Source: an uncultured Gemmatimonadaceae bacterium (GTDB lineage Bacteria > Gemmatimonadota > Gemmatimonadetes > Gemmatimonadales > Gemmatimonadaceae). Taken from it: a stretch of 64,000 nucleotides of DNA. The stretch's first letter is position 1, and every line of letters begins with the position of its first letter. The notes beneath the pieces were generated by a model. It was not told the DNA's origin, did no database searches, and saw nothing but the letters and a program-made list of their open reading frames with translations. The stretch covers positions 1,472,001 to 1,536,000 of the forward strand of contig OY970320.1 in NCBI GenBank assembly GCA_963716745.1, in the 5' to 3' direction. Position numbers and translations under genes: made by a program. This document shows positions 1 through 11,876 of the stretch, piece after piece.

Positions 1-2
1 TG

Positions 3-1256
3 GGGCTCGATCCCGCAGGCGAAACGTGGATCGGTCTCGTGCTCGCGGCGTTCGCGGCGCTCGTCGCGATCGACATCGTGACCCTGCCGGCGAAGTGGCA
101 ATTGAGCGTGGAGCGTCACGCGCCGGAGAACGTGGGGATCGGCGACGAAGCGGAGGGGGAATACGAACTCCAGTCGCGCGCCGGGCGCACGCTGCGGTTC
201 TCGTTGTACGACCAACTCCCGCGCGGCATCGAGCGCCTCGGCAAGGGCGCGGGGCGGGATTCCGTGAAAGCGCACGGCGTGCGCGTGATCCCCTTCACGG
301 TGGCAGGACGCGAGCGTGGGAGCTGGGCGCTCGGGCCGGTGGTGGCGCGCGTCGAAGGTGCGCTGGGGTTGGTGCGGCGCACCATCCGGTACGCGCCCGG
401 GGACACCGCGCGCGTGACGCCGTCGATGACGGGCGTGCGGCGCTACCGCCTGCTGGCGCTGCAGCACCGGCTGCAGGATGCGGGAGTGCGCGCGATCCGC
501 CGGCGCGGCGATGGTACGAACTTCGCGAACCTTCGGGAATACGTGACGGGCGACGATCCGCGCCGCATCGACTGGAAGGCCACCGCGCGGCGCGAGAAGC
601 TGATCACGCGCGAGTACACCGTGGAACAGGGGCAGACCGTGCTCGTGGCCGTGGACGCGGGCCGCATGATGACGCAGCTCGCGGGACCGTTGTCGCGATT
701 CGAGCACGCACTGTCATCGGCCACGCTGCTGGCGGACGTCGCGACGCAGAGCGGGGACCAAGTCGGTGCGATCGTGTTCGACGATCAAGTACGCGCGTTC
801 GTGCCCGCGGCGCGCGGGCGGCCGGCACTGCAGCGGCTGCGCGATGCGTTCGTTCCCGTGCGCGCGACGATGACCGAGCCCGATTACGCCGCGGCCTTCC
901 GCACGCTCTCGGCGCGCCACCGGAAGCGGTCGCTGATCGTGCTCTATACCGACGTGATCGATCCGCGCGCATCGCAATCGCTGATCGCGCTCACCGCGCG
1001 CGGCGCAATGCGGCACGTGCTCGTGGTGGTCGCGCTGCGCAACGACGCGCTGATGGCGGCGGCGGTGCCGTCGCGAGAGAGCACGAGCGATCAACTGTAC
1101 GAGAGCGCCGCGGCGGAAGAGCTCGTCATGGCGCGGGAGGAGGCGCTGGCCCGCATGCGCCACGCCGGCGTGACGGTGATCGACGTGTCGCCCCGGCTCA
1201 TGGCCGCGGCGGTGATCAACCGTTACCTCGAGATCAAAGCGCGCGCGTCGCTATAG
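3..1256 (+). CDS. DUF58 domain protein (vWA-like, MoxR-associated); 5' end lies outside the window
   Basis: Motifs 'GTNFANLREYVTGDDPRRIDWKATAR' and 'VDAGRMM'; the frame stays open to the window edge. Confidence 0.9.
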   Translation, partial: GLDPAGETWIGLVLAAFAALVAIDIVTLPAKWQLSVERHAPENVGIGDEAEGEYELQSRAGRTLRFSLYDQLPRGIERLGKGAGRDSVKAHGVRVIPFTVAGRERGSWALGPVVARVEGALGLVRRTIRYAPGDTARVTPSMTGVRRYRLLALQHRLQDAGVRAIRRRGDGTNFANLREYVTGDDPRRIDWKATARREKLITREYTVEQGQTVLVAVDAGRMMTQLAGPLSRFEHALSSATLLADVATQSGDQVGAIVFDDQVRAFVPAARGRPALQRLRDAFVPVRATMTEPDYAAAFRTLSARHRKRSLIVLYTDVIDPRASQSLIALTARGAMRHVLVVVALRNDALMAAAVPSRESTSDQLYESAAAEELVMAREEALARMRHAGVTVIDVSPRLMAAAVINRYLEIKARASL

Positions 1257-3063
1257 GCGTTCTCCTCGACCGGCGCCTCCGGCTCGTCGCCCGCACCGCG
1301 CGTGAAGTAATAGAGCAGCAACAGCGCACTGGCACTCGCGACGCCGAACTTCAGCCAGTCGGGCACATCGACGCGCGGTGACAGCAGCCCCTCGATCGTG
1401 CCGGCGACCATGAGCATCATCGTGGTCGCGGCGAGCAGGCGAACGGCGCGACGCCCCTTGATCACGAACGCCTCGCGGCGCGTGTACGCGCCCGGCAGCA
1501 GCAACGCCGACGCGATGAGCAGTCCGCCGCCGGCGGCGATCGTGATCGCGGAGAGCTCGAGCACGCTGTGGGGGATCACGAACAGCGCGAGCTGCCGGCC
1601 AATGCCGTGATTCACGTACAGTCCCAGCACCGCGCCGATGCTCACGCCGTTCGTGAGCAACATGATGACCGTGAGCACGCCGGCGCTGATGCCCGCCGCC
1701 CAGACCGTGAGCGTCACCTGGATGTTGTTCGCGATGATCTGGCTCGCGACGACCGGCCGCTCGAAATCCTTGACCTTGATGTACTCGTGATGGCCGGCGC
1801 GTTCGCGCGCCTCACCTTCCGCCACGCGGTCGAGCATGCCAGGCGGCAGCAGCTCCTCGGCGACCTCGGGATGCGCGATGACCGTGAACGTGGTGGCGGC
1901 CAGCGAGCCGAAGAAGATGAGACCGGCGAGCAAGATCGGGCGCCACGATCGGCGCACTTCGCGCGGCACCGAGATGAACAGATAGCGCGCCGCGTTCTGC
2001 GTGGAGAGTCGGCGCTGTCGGTAGATCAAGTTGTGGCCGGCGCCCACGAGGCGGCTCACGTAGAACATCGCGTCGGTGTCCTGCCCCGCGGAGGCGGTGC
2101 GCAGCCGCGCGAGGTCGGTGGCCACTTCGCGGTACTCGGCGACGAATGCACTCACATCGCCCTCGCTCATGGCGCGCAGTCCGGTGCGCTGCGCGTCCGC
2201 GAGCTTGGATGCGAACGCGCTCCAGCGGCCGGCGTTCCGCGCGACGATCGCGTGCCGCTCACGCGCCGCGCCGGTCGCGCCGCGTGCCGCGACGCCGCGC
2301 GCGCGCGCGGCACGCTCCTTCTCGAACAACGAATTGAGCTGCGCGAAGGGCGAGCCGTCGGCCGCATCGAGGTGTGTCCTGAATCGCGCCATCAACTGTT
2401 CGGCGATCGCGCGGCGCCGTTCGGGCGCGAGCGCGCTCCGCCGCGCCAGATACCGTTCGAGCACCTCGTACTCGCGGTCGGTGAGCGCCGCCGTGACCAT
2501 GGCCGCGCCTTCCGCCGCCGGCGTGAGCGCCGTCGTGACCGGCGCGACGTGCACCAGCTTCTCTTGCACCACGATCGTGCCCGCGAGGAAGTCGCCGAGC
2601 CGCTTACCCGACGGCGAGATCGCCGCGCTCGCGATCCCCACGGCGTACGCGAGGCCGGGTTGCATGTCGAGGATGCGCGCGACATTGCGCACCGCCGACG
2701 CGCCGACGCTCACCGAGAATCCGCCGTCCTGGACGACGCGGATCCCAAGGCGCCGCTTGCCCGGCGTCTGACCATCCCAGATCGCTTCGAACACCATGAA
2801 ATAGCCGACCTGCACGCCGAACAGTGCGAGGATCAGGAACGCGACCGCCCAACCGCCGAGCATCTTGCCGAACGGATCATTCTTGACGTCGAGCAGCGAT
2901 GCGACGACCGACCAGAGGATCGCGATCAGCAAGAACCCCGCGATCATGAGCAGATAGTCGACGATGGCCGCGGCGGCGCGCGAGCCGACGCCCGCGACGG
3001 TGTACGAGAAGATCACCTGTTCCGGCGTCTCGATCTCGACCTGTTGCTCGAACGATCCGCCCG

Positions 3064-3067
<4 letters not shown>
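1223..3067 (-). CDS. RDD domain / stage II sporulation protein M (DUF95) fusion membrane protein
   Basis: N-terminal RDD motifs ('ETPEQV..AGVGSRAAAAIVD', 'GQTPGKR', 'KRLGDFLAGTIVV'); C-terminal SpoIIM motifs ('IIANNIQV', 'PHSVLELSAI', 'AGTIEG'); GTG start overlaps the upstream stop (GTGA). Confidence 0.88.
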
Positions 3068-4559
<1,492 letters not shown>

Positions 4560-4720
4560 GCACCAATGTCCCATGCGGGCGTGGTAAACGTCCAGCGAGG
4601 TGCACCGCGAACGGCGGGACTGGCACCGCTGGAAGCGCGGATTGGCGTTAGGCACGGCGGTCGCATCCAACGCCAATCCCCGCCATTCAGCGGTACCAGT
4701 CCCGCCGTTTGCGGTCAAGT

Positions 4721-5023
4721 CTAGGGACGGAAGAGCGTCTTGACGCCGTTCCACCACCATGGTGGCCAGATCAGCACCAGCGGCGTCATGAGCAGCGCGA
4801 CCGCGACGCGCACCGCCATCGGCTCGTCGCGCATCTTCTCCAACCGGCTCTCCTTGGCGCGCGGCGGCAGGCCGACGCCGGCCTGGTACATCGCCGAGAG
4901 CATCTTCGCGCGCTTCTCGGCCTCGCCGGCGGGATCGCCATCCAGCGGCTTGGCGCAATAGAGGCAGCGCTTCGACTGGTCCGATATCTGGCGCTTGCAA
5001 TGCGGACAGGGGATGTTCGGCAT
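4721..5023 (-). CDS. Small zinc-ribbon protein with a C-terminal hydrophobic segment
   Basis: 'CPHC..x10..CLYC'; GGAGG RBS upstream; C-terminal TM-like 'VAVALLMTPLVLIWPPWWW'. Confidence 0.65.
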   Translation of the reverse strand: MPNIPCPHCKRQISDQSKRCLYCAKPLDGDPAGEAEKRAKMLSAMYQAGVGLPPRAKESRLEKMRDEPMAVRVAVALLMTPLVLIWPPWWWNGVKTLFRP

Positions 5024-5121
5024 GCTCGTTGGTCCTCCGTACGTTGTTGACGATCCAGGTCGCGTGCGGGATTCGCGGCGCACTGGACTTCCCCCGCACA
5101 CCTCGCATCCTTTCGGGCCGG

Positions 5122-5967
5122 ATGGAGCGTCCCCTTTTCCTCGACATCGCGAACTCGCTCGCGCTGCTCTTCATCTGCATGCTGGTGCAGGCGGCGTGCT
5201 TCATCATCACGCCTGACGGCGCCAGTCTGCCGCCGCTCGCCGCCACCGGCGTGTTGGTGCTGCTAGGACTCCTCTTCATCGCGCGTTACGTCTCGCCCAC
5301 GGGGGGCGCCGCCCAGATCGAGCGGCGCGCCCGGTCGCGCGTCAGAGGGCTGGGCGCACAGTGGCCGTGGAGCATCATCGCGGCGGTGGCGGTCACGGTG
5401 TTCCTGCTCGGCTTCCTGAGCATCTACATGCGGCTCATGCCACAGCCCGACACGCCGGGCGATACCACGGAGCAGTACGCCGCGCTGCCGCTGGGGATGA
5501 TCCCCATCATCGTCGCCGCCGTGTTGGTGAGCCCGCTCATCGAAGAGGTAGTGATGCGCGGCTGGATCCAGGGGCGGCTCTCGGCGGAGTTCGGGCCGGA
5601 GCGCGCGATCGTGAACACGGCGGCGCTCTTCGCGGTCGCACATCTCGATCCGTGGGGGGTACCATTCATGTTCCCCCTCGGGCTCGCGTGCGGTTACTCG
5701 GTGTATCTCACGCGCTCCATTTGGAGCGGCGTGCTGATCCATATGGCGTTCAACGGCTCACTCTTCCTCGTGGACCACTACCTTCCTGCCGCGGATGCAT
5801 TCCCGGGACTTAGCGCGGGAGAGAACGGTATCGCGCACATGGGCGTATTGATGACGGTGTCAGCCGTCGTCGCGGTCGCCGTGTGGCGCCACCAGCGTGT
5901 GATCCGCGACCGAACAGCCGACGATATTCCCGAAGGATCCGAGCACGCGGCCGACCACACCGATTGA
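5122..5967 (+). CDS. CPBP (Abi/CAAX) family intramembrane glutamic endopeptidase
   Basis: 'PLIEEVVMRG', 'LFAVAH', 'HMAFN' motifs; multiple TM segments. Confidence 0.9.
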   Translation: MERPLFLDIANSLALLFICMLVQAACFIITPDGASLPPLAATGVLVLLGLLFIARYVSPTGGAAQIERRARSRVRGLGAQWPWSIIAAVAVTVFLLGFLSIYMRLMPQPDTPGDTTEQYAALPLGMIPIIVAAVLVSPLIEEVVMRGWIQGRLSAEFGPERAIVNTAALFAVAHLDPWGVPFMFPLGLACGYSVYLTRSIWSGVLIHMAFNGSLFLVDHYLPAADAFPGLSAGENGIAHMGVLMTVSAVVAVAVWRHQRVIRDRTADDIPEGSEHAADHTD

Positions 5968-6020
5968 CCCTGCGCTCGCACATCCCGATCTTCCGTATCC
6001 CCCACTTTTCCGGATCCACC

Positions 6021-7976
6021 ATGCGCCACGTAACGCTCGCCGCCGCGCTCCTCGCCGCCGCCGTCTCCCTCGCGGCCGCGCAGGCGCCGAAGATCACGCC
6101 CAAGGGCGACCCGTCGATCAAGGACGACACGATCTACAAGCTCGTGGTGGATCCCAAGGATTACAGCGACCAGCGCTACGTCTTCCTGCTCGACGATGGC
6201 GTCGAACGCCTCGAGGCCGATGGGTCCGGCACGCGCACGTACCGCCAAGTGGCGCAGGTGCTCACGCCCGAGGGCGCCGAGGTGTGGGGCGAGCGTTCGT
6301 TCGGTTATTCGAAGGGGCGCGAGAAGCTCACGGTGAACTGGGTGCGCGTGCTCGATCTCAAGGGCAACGTGATCAGCTCGAAGCCAGTGCACGAACAGGA
6401 ATCGCTCGCGCCGGTCGCGATGTCGGCGCCCGTCTATTCGGACGAGATGATCCACCGCGTGTCGCTCGGCGGCGTCGCGCCGGGCACCATCGTCGACTAC
6501 AGCTACACCGTGGAGGTGCAGAAGCCGCTGATCCCGGGCGACTACTTCACGAGCTGGAGCGTACTCACCGGCGTGCAGACGCAACGCTCGCGGTTCATCG
6601 TGGACCTGCCCGAGAGAGTCGATCCGCACATCATCGAGCAGCATCTCACGTTCAAGCGGCAGGAGACCGTCGCGAAGGGACGCCGCACGTTCACATGGGC
6701 CACGCAGGACGTGAAGAAGACCGAGCGTGAACCATACGCGCCGGACAGTGTGTATGGCGAATCGATCAGTCTCGCGTCGCGTCTCACGTGGGGCGACGTG
6801 GGCAAATGGTATGCGGGCCTCGCGAAAGACCGCTACGCGCTCGATCCCGCGATCGAAGCGAAGGCGGCGGAGATCGTCGCGGGCGCGAAGACCGGCGAGG
6901 ACACGCTGCGCGCGCTGTACCGCTGGGTGGCGCAGGATTTCCGCTACGTGTCGCTCTCGCTCGGCATCGACGGTTACCAGCCGCATCCGCCGAGCATGGT
7001 CTTCGACAACAAGTATGGAGATTGCAAGGACAAGGCCACCTTCTTCGTAGCGATCGCGCGGAAGTACGGCTACCAGGCGTATCCGGTGCTGCTGAGCGCC
7101 GACGGCGGCGTGGACACGCTCGTGCCGTCGGCGCATCAATTCGACCACATGATCGCGGCGGTGGCGAAGCCCGGCGGCGGGTTCCAGTTCCTCGACCTTA
7201 CCGCGGAGATCGTGCCGTACGGCGACTTGCCGCCGGACGAGCAGGGCGAATTCGGTCTGTTGGTGAAAGATGACGGCGCGTCGCAGGGCGTGATCTTCCC
7301 CGAGACGCCGGCCGCGAACAATCGCTCCACCGTTCTTATCGCGGGCGAGCTCACGGCGGCCGGTGCATTCAACGGCAAGTGGACCGCGACGGCCACCGGC
7401 AACAACCAGTTCGGCATGCGCGAGCAGATGTCCGCGTCCACGAAGCCGGATTCCGCGGCGCGCGCGCGCATGACGCTGAGCGTGGCGAACTCAGTGGTGG
7501 AGGGCTCGACCGGCGACAGTCTGCAACTGTTCGAGGGACGCGACCTGAGCGCGGTGCCGCGCTACTCCGTGGTGATCCGCGGCGGCAAGATGATCACCGA
7601 TGCGGGCGGCGTGATGATCCTCGAGCTGCCGATCGCGAACTTCACGCAGACCAAGACCGTGGCATCGCTCGAGGCGCGCGGCCCGCGCAAGTATCCGATC
7701 TCGAGCGGCGCGGTATGGGGGCCCGATGAGACGGTGCAGGAATTCCGGCTCACGCTTCCCGCGGGCTGGAAGGCGACGCTGCCGCCGGGCGTACACGCGA
7801 AGAGCGTGTTCGGCGAGTACGAGGCCACGTACACGCAGGTGGGGCGCGAGTTGCGGGTGATGCGCCGGCGCTCCGGAACCACGGGCGTGTTCCCGGCCAC
7901 GGACTACCCGGCGCTGCTGGACTTCCTGCGCGAGATCACGAAGGACGACATCAAGGTGATCGTCCTCAACAAGTAG
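6021..7976 (+). CDS. Secreted DUF3857 + transglutaminase-like domain protein
   Basis: Signal peptide; 'FRYVSLSLG..GYQP', catalytic 'GDCKDKA', 'FDHMI', 'FLDLT'. Confidence 0.88.
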   Translation: MRHVTLAAALLAAAVSLAAAQAPKITPKGDPSIKDDTIYKLVVDPKDYSDQRYVFLLDDGVERLEADGSGTRTYRQVAQVLTPEGAEVWGERSFGYSKGREKLTVNWVRVLDLKGNVISSKPVHEQESLAPVAMSAPVYSDEMIHRVSLGGVAPGTIVDYSYTVEVQKPLIPGDYFTSWSVLTGVQTQRSRFIVDLPERVDPHIIEQHLTFKRQETVAKGRRTFTWATQDVKKTEREPYAPDSVYGESISLASRLTWGDVGKWYAGLAKDRYALDPAIEAKAAEIVAGAKTGEDTLRALYRWVAQDFRYVSLSLGIDGYQPHPPSMVFDNKYGDCKDKATFFVAIARKYGYQAYPVLLSADGGVDTLVPSAHQFDHMIAAVAKPGGGFQFLDLTAEIVPYGDLPPDEQGEFGLLVKDDGASQGVIFPETPAANNRSTVLIAGELTAAGAFNGKWTATATGNNQFGMREQMSASTKPDSAARARMTLSVANSVVEGSTGDSLQLFEGRDLSAVPRYSVVIRGGKMITDAGGVMILELPIANFTQTKTVASLEARGPRKYPISSGAVWGPDETVQEFRLTLPAGWKATLPPGVHAKSVFGEYEATYTQVGRELRVMRRRSGTTGVFPATDYPALLDFLREITKDDIKVIVLNK

Positions 7977-7983
7977 CGCGCGC

Positions 7984-8655
7984 TCACCCCCAGCGCGCGG
8001 CGAGCGCGCTGAGGGTGTCGTAGTCCAACCGGTGTCCTCCGGCGAAGCGCACCACCTCGAAGGGCACGCCGTGCGCGCGCAGGCGCGCTTCCTGCGCCGC
8101 GATGGTCGCGGGCGTCGCGAAGCCGTCGCTGTCGCCGAGCACGAAGATGGGCGCGGCGGTGCGCAGCGGGTGGTCCGGCCGCGAGAGGTCCATGTCGGGC
8201 GGCACGGTGCCCGCCCAGAGCACCACGGCGCCCACCGGCGCGCTCCCGTTCTCCATCCAGCGGCAGATCGTGGCGACACCCTGCGAGAATCCGAACCCCA
8301 CGACGCGCGTCGCGGAGAGATCGAAGTCCTGCGCGAGCTGCGCGTAGAGTGCGTCGAGATAGCCGATGTAGTCGTCGATCTCACTCAGCCGGTCCTCGCG
8401 CGTCATCCAGCTCGCGCCGATCTTCGCCTCGGCGTGCCCGGCGTCGTCATCGGTGAGATAGAATCGCGAGAGTGCCTCCGGCGCGACGATCAGCCGCGTT
8501 CCGTCGTTGACGATCTCGAAGTGCCGCAGGAATCGCGCGGCGAGCTGGCCATAGCCGTGACAAACGATCCAGAGCTGCTTCGGCGCGCCGCTCTCCGGGC
8601 CGAGCGTGTGATAGCGCGCAGTGCGCGTGACCGGGAGATGATGTTCGCGGATCAT
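7984..8655 (-). CDS. Alpha/beta hydrolase (phospholipase/carboxylesterase family)
   Basis: 'HGYGQ', nucleophile elbow 'GFSQG', C-terminal 'GGH'. Confidence 0.88.
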   Translation of the reverse strand: MIREHHLPVTRTARYHTLGPESGAPKQLWIVCHGYGQLAARFLRHFEIVNDGTRLIVAPEALSRFYLTDDDAGHAEAKIGASWMTREDRLSEIDDYIGYLDALYAQLAQDFDLSATRVVGFGFSQGVATICRWMENGSAPVGAVVLWAGTVPPDMDLSRPDHPLRTAAPIFVLGDSDGFATPATIAAQEARLRAHGVPFEVVRFAGGHRLDYDTLSALAARWG

Positions 8656-10055
8656 GCGACGACGGCGGGCCGCGTCGCATGCGCCAGCGGCAGCCGCAGG
8701 ATGAATTCCGAGCCGGCGCCGGGCGTGGAGGTCAATTCGACGGTGCCATTGTGCGCTCGCGCGACGGCGCGCACGAGACTCAGGCCGAGCCCGAGCCCGC
8801 GCTTCGAGCGGCTGGCGTCACCGCGGAAGGAGCGGTCCCAGATGCGGCCGGACTCGTGCGCCGGGATCCCGATGCCGGTGTCGCGCACGACGATCACCGC
8901 TTCGTCGCCGGCGGCGCGCGCTTCGACGTGCACGCGGCCGCCGGACCGCGTGTATTTCACCGCATTGTCCACGAGATTGGCGACCGCCTGCACCACGCGG
9001 CCGCGGTCGGCGACGATGACGAGGGAGGGATCTCCCGCGGCGTCGAGCGCGATCCCCTGCTCTTCCGCGACCACGCCGTACATCTCGACGACGTCGGCGA
9101 CGATGCTCGCGATGTCGACCTCCGCGAGGTCCAGGTCGATCGAGCCGGCCTCCACCTCCGAGATCTCGAGCAGCGCATCGAGCATCTTGAGAATGTTCGC
9201 CGATTCCTCCAACGAATCCGAGAGCGCCTCGCGGTAGCTCTCGAGGTCCGGAGGAGACGCGAGAGAGAGCTCGGCGACGCCGCGCAGCCTGGTCATGGGC
9301 GTGCGCAGGTCGTGCGCGACGTTGTCGAGCGAGGCGCGCATGCTGTCCACGACGTGATCGATGCGCTCGAGCGCGCGGTTCAGCAGGATGCTCAGCTCCT
9401 CGAACTCGTCGCCGGTTGCGTGCACCGGCACGCGCGCCTTCAGCTCCCCGGTCTCGATGATCGGCTGCAGCGAATTCATGAGCGCGCGCACGGGGCGCAG
9501 CGCTCGCGACGAGAGCAGCATGCCGCCGGCGAGACCCAGCGCGACGATGCCCGCGAGCACCACGAGGAAGGTGTCGCGGAAGCGTTCGAGCACGTCGTCG
9601 CGCGCTTCGCGGCTCGCGCCAACCGTGAGCGTGGAACCGTCAGGCAACGGCGCGGACAGGAGGTCCATGGCATTGCGCCGGCGGCGGGCGCTCTCGCCGG
9701 CCGCTCCCGTCGCGCGCGCGAACCGGCGCGCCTGACTCGAATCGCCCGCGTTCGCGATCACCGTCGCACCGCGCGGATCGGTGAGGCGCACGACCATGCC
9801 GCTCAGGCGGCCGCTCGCGCGGTCGGCATCCACGCGCGTCGAGAGCGCCTTCGCGCCGCCCTCGGAGAATTCCTCGGCGTACGTGCTCACCACGAACTGG
9901 ATCCCGAGGCGATCCTTCGCCTCGAGCGAGTTCGCGAGCAGCAGATACGACAGAATGAACAGCAGCACGGAACTGAGAACGAACAGCGCGGTGGACCAGA
10001 GGATGACGCGAAAGCTGGCCGTGCGCCGGATGGCGTTAAGGCGCTCGAAGGACAT
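8652..10055 (-). CDS. HAMP-domain sensor histidine kinase
   Basis: Two TM segments; H-box 'AHDLRTP', N-box 'NLVDNAVKY', G-boxes 'DTGIGI', 'GLGLGL'. Confidence 0.93.
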   Translation of the reverse strand: MSFERLNAIRRTASFRVILWSTALFVLSSVLLFILSYLLLANSLEAKDRLGIQFVVSTYAEEFSEGGAKALSTRVDADRASGRLSGMVVRLTDPRGATVIANAGDSSQARRFARATGAAGESARRRRNAMDLLSAPLPDGSTLTVGASREARDDVLERFRDTFLVVLAGIVALGLAGGMLLSSRALRPVRALMNSLQPIIETGELKARVPVHATGDEFEELSILLNRALERIDHVVDSMRASLDNVAHDLRTPMTRLRGVAELSLASPPDLESYREALSDSLEESANILKMLDALLEISEVEAGSIDLDLAEVDIASIVADVVEMYGVVAEEQGIALDAAGDPSLVIVADRGRVVQAVANLVDNAVKYTRSGGRVHVEARAAGDEAVIVVRDTGIGIPAHESGRIWDRSFRGDASRSKRGLGLGLSLVRAVARAHNGTVELTSTPGAGSEFILRLPLAHATRPAVVA

Positions 10056-10716
10056 AGCCCGCCCCCCGAACAGTGTGGATCAGCTTGTCGGCCGCCTCGA
10101 GGTCGAGCTTGCGCCGCAATCGGCAGACGAGCACATCCACGACGTTCGTTTGCGGATCGAAGTCGTAGCCCCACACCTGCTCCTGGATGGTGGTCTTCGA
10201 GACGACGCGTGTCGCGTTGCGCATGAGATATTCCAGCAGCGAGAACTCGCGCGGCGGGAGATCGATGCGCCGGTTGCGGCGGCGCACTTCGCGGCGCAGG
10301 AGGTCCATCGTGAGATCGCCCACCGCGAGCGACGTGGGCTCCATGGCCGCCGCGCCGCGCCGCACGAGCGCCTGGAGCCGCGCGAGCAATTCCGAGAAGG
10401 CGAACGGCTTCACGAGATAGTCATCGCCGCCTGCCTGAAGCCCGCGCACGCGTTCGTCCACTTTGCGCTTGGCGCTGAGCACGAGCACCGGCGTGTTCAC
10501 GCCCTGCGAGCGCATGGCGCGAATCACCGAAAGTCCGTCGAGCGCGGGCAGCATGATGTCGATCACGGCGACGTTGTACGCATCGGTCGCCGCGAGCCGG
10601 AGCCCTTCCTCGCCGTCGACGGCGGAGTCCACGGAGAATCCCGCCTCCTCGAGTCCCCTGCGCAGGAAGGCTGCGATCTTCGGATCGTCCTCAACGAGCA
10701 GCAGGCGCAGGGTCAT
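10036..10716 (-). CDS. OmpR-family response regulator (CusR/CzcR-like)
   Basis: 'LLVEDD', 'DIMLP', 'KPF'; winged helix 'TNVVDV..LRRKL..IHTVRGAGY'. Confidence 0.95.
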   Translation of the reverse strand: MTLRLLLVEDDPKIAAFLRRGLEEAGFSVDSAVDGEEGLRLAATDAYNVAVIDIMLPALDGLSVIRAMRSQGVNTPVLVLSAKRKVDERVRGLQAGGDDYLVKPFAFSELLARLQALVRRGAAAMEPTSLAVGDLTMDLLRREVRRRNRRIDLPPREFSLLEYLMRNATRVVSKTTIQEQVWGYDFDPQTNVVDVLVCRLRRKLDLEAADKLIHTVRGAGYVLRAP

Positions 10717-10764
10717 GAGTCCATAGGCGAGGGTCTCACACGATCATCAGATAATAACCGCGGA

Positions 10765-11769
10765 TCAGTGCGCGATGGAGAGTACGATCTTGCCCGCGCC
10801 GGCGTTGGATTCCATCCGCTCGTGCGCCGCGCGAACGTCATCGAGCGTGAACACGCGGTCGACCGAAGGAACGACCGCGCCGCTCTCGAGCAGCGGCACC
10901 ACGGCGCGCTCGAACTCGCGCGTGGCCTCGATCTTCTCTTCGAGCGACCGGCTGCGCAGCACGGTGCCGCGGATGCTCAGTCGCCCGCGGAGCACCGCGC
11001 CGAGGGGAAGGTCCGTGCGCGCGCCCGCGAGCGTGCCGAGCAGGACGAGCCGGCCGCGCGGCGCCATCGCGGCGATGCTCGCGCCGGTGTACGCTCCGCC
11101 GAGCAGGTCGAGCACGACGTTCGCGCCGCCGGCCGCGGCGAGCGCGGGGAGCGCGGACGCGATGCCGGCCGATGGATCCGCGACGATCGCGCCCTCCGTC
11201 ATGCCAACGGCGCGCGCGGCCACGAGCTTGCTCTCATTGCGCGCCGTGCCGTAGGCCACACCACCCAACGCGCGCACGAGCTGAACGGCGGCGAGTCCCA
11301 CGCCGCTCCCCACGGCGTGGATCAGCACGTGGTCGCCAGAGCGCATTTCCCCTTGGCGGAGCGCATCATGCGCGGTGATGAATGCCTCCGGCACAGCGGC
11401 GGCCGCGGTCCAGTCGAGCCGCGCGGGCACGCGCGCGACCGCATTCTCGTGCGTCACGAGATAGCCGGCGTACGCGCCACCGCCGACGATGCCGAACACG
11501 CGATCGCCCTCGCGCCAGCGGCTGGCACCGGTGCCGCGCGCCGCGATCTCGCCGGCGAACTCCATGCCCGGAATGTCCGCCGGCCAGCCCGGCGGCGCGG
11601 GATAGCGTCCCTCGCGCTGATGGATATCCGCGCGATTCAGCGCAGCGGCGTGTACGCGAACGAGCACTTCGCCCGCTCCCGGTTCGGGGCGCGGCACGTC
11701 GCGCCCGTGCAAGACTTCGGGCCCGCCGAAACCCACGATCACCACGGCGCGCATGGTGTAGGATGGCAT
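10765..11769 (-). CDS. NAD(P)H-quinone oxidoreductase (MDR, PIG3-like)
   Basis: 'ALNRADI.QREGRYP', 'PGMEFAG', 'HAVGSGVG', 'GKIVL'. Confidence 0.9.
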   Translation of the reverse strand: MPSYTMRAVVIVGFGGPEVLHGRDVPRPEPGAGEVLVRVHAAALNRADIHQREGRYPAPPGWPADIPGMEFAGEIAARGTGASRWREGDRVFGIVGGGAYAGYLVTHENAVARVPARLDWTAAAAVPEAFITAHDALRQGEMRSGDHVLIHAVGSGVGLAAVQLVRALGGVAYGTARNESKLVAARAVGMTEGAIVADPSAGIASALPALAAAGGANVVLDLLGGAYTGASIAAMAPRGRLVLLGTLAGARTDLPLGAVLRGRLSIRGTVLRSRSLEEKIEATREFERAVVPLLESGAVVPSVDRVFTLDDVRAAHERMESNAGAGKIVLSIAH

Positions 11770-11876
11770 GCTTTGAATATGCCTCCGCGGCTGTTTCCCG
11801 GGGTGCCGGGGGGCGTCTTGTAAAGAGAAGCGCCGGGCATAAGCTTCGGGTCGTCTTCTCTCCACCACCAGAGTCC

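Noticed and set aside
5975..6012. Pyrimidine-rich, weakly 8-periodic intergenic stretch
   Set aside because: The units are too degenerate to call a repeat and I found no matching inverted arm.
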